NCBI GenBank assembly: GCA_043820815.1
Contig: JBDRDJ010000008.1
Location: 1-54,674 of the forward strand
From: Candidatus Omnitrophota bacterium
GTDB taxonomy: Bacteria > Omnitrophota > Gorgyraeia > Duberdicusellales > 4484-171
Direction of reading: 5' to 3'
DNA: 54,674 nucleotides
The position numbers and the translations under genes are program-made. Of this stretch, positions 54,455-54,674 are shown piece by piece (position 1 is the first letter of the stretch; each line of letters begins with the position of its first letter). The notes beneath the pieces were generated by a model. The model was not told where the DNA came from, ran no database searches, and worked only from the letters and a program-made list of their open reading frames with translations.

Positions 54455-54510
54455 AATGACAATGTAAAATTAAGAATTTCAAGATAATAATAAGAATTTT
54501 AAATTTTGAT
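54431..54510. repeat. Second AAAATCA-heptamer element, right arm eroded
   Basis: TCAAATATCAAAAATTAAAATGACAATGTAAAA differs at one position from the left arm at about 10008-10040; overlaps the GNAT stop codon. Confidence 0.7.
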
Positions 54511-54674
54511 TCCTGACATCGATTGAAATATTAAGGGTCATTCGTAAATAATGTGATGATATTTATCTAACCCATTGCATTATAAGGCATAACAAAAATC
54601 TCTTTTTGCGCAGTCTTGACGGCCGTAACGAGAACCGCGCGCGAGTTTAGCCCCGGCTGGCTAAGAAATAGGCG

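Noticed and set aside
54536-54674. Possible mobile-element end at the window edge (GGGTCATTCGTAAATAA followed by GC-richer sequence)
   Set aside because: The partner repeat and any transposase would lie outside the window, so it cannot be supported here.
1-54674. tRNA, rRNA or known riboswitches
   Set aside because: No cloverleaf with T-loop/D-loop consensus, rRNA-like tract or riboswitch consensus was recognised by eye; an Infernal scan would be needed to exclude them.

Overview
AT-rich bacterial chromosomal segment from a probable diderm anaerobe. Gene style and the abundant short intergenic palindromes suggest a PVC-group lineage such as Omnitrophota; this is inference only. Five blocks: (1) 2.2-13.9 kb, a T2SS/type IV pilus-like operon (split secretin, PilB/GspE, five pilin-like genes, PilC/GspF, PilM-PilN fusion, PilO) headed by two near-duplicate stand-alone MerR-like HTH mini-proteins and a 10-bp-phased repeat array. 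(2) 14-31.8 kb, housekeeping and envelope genes (accA, glycosyltransferases, xseAB, rpsO-pnp, ftsK, rodZ-like, rimO, pgsA, pgpA). (3) 31.9-34.4 kb, a toxin-antitoxin-like nucleotidyltransferase pair, a transglutaminase-like gene and oppositely oriented cinA-thpR. (4) 34.5-43.7 kb, an O2/NO detoxification cluster (Fur-like, FNR-like reductase, superoxide reductase, NfuA-like, desulforedoxin-like peptide, two ferritin-like proteins, tal, pgl, DoxX, Rrf2, hcp, rubredoxin, fprA). (5) 43.8-54.5 kb, a sigma-54-driven exopolysaccharide locus of PEP-CTERM/XrtA type, headed by a third MerR-like mini-protein and interrupted by a GxxExxY nuclease gene bracketed exactly by inverted repeats. Four small ORFs missed by the ORF track were found (2495-2671, 7310-7453, 36317-36448, 41709-41870). 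No rRNA, tRNA, CRISPR array, integrase or transposase was seen. Best candidates for undescribed biology are a BldC/Xis-like mini-regulator circuit linking pilus and EPS operons, and a hairpin-flanked GxxExxY cassette with empty or solo-arm relatives. All family assignments are from motif recognition by eye; no database searches were run.
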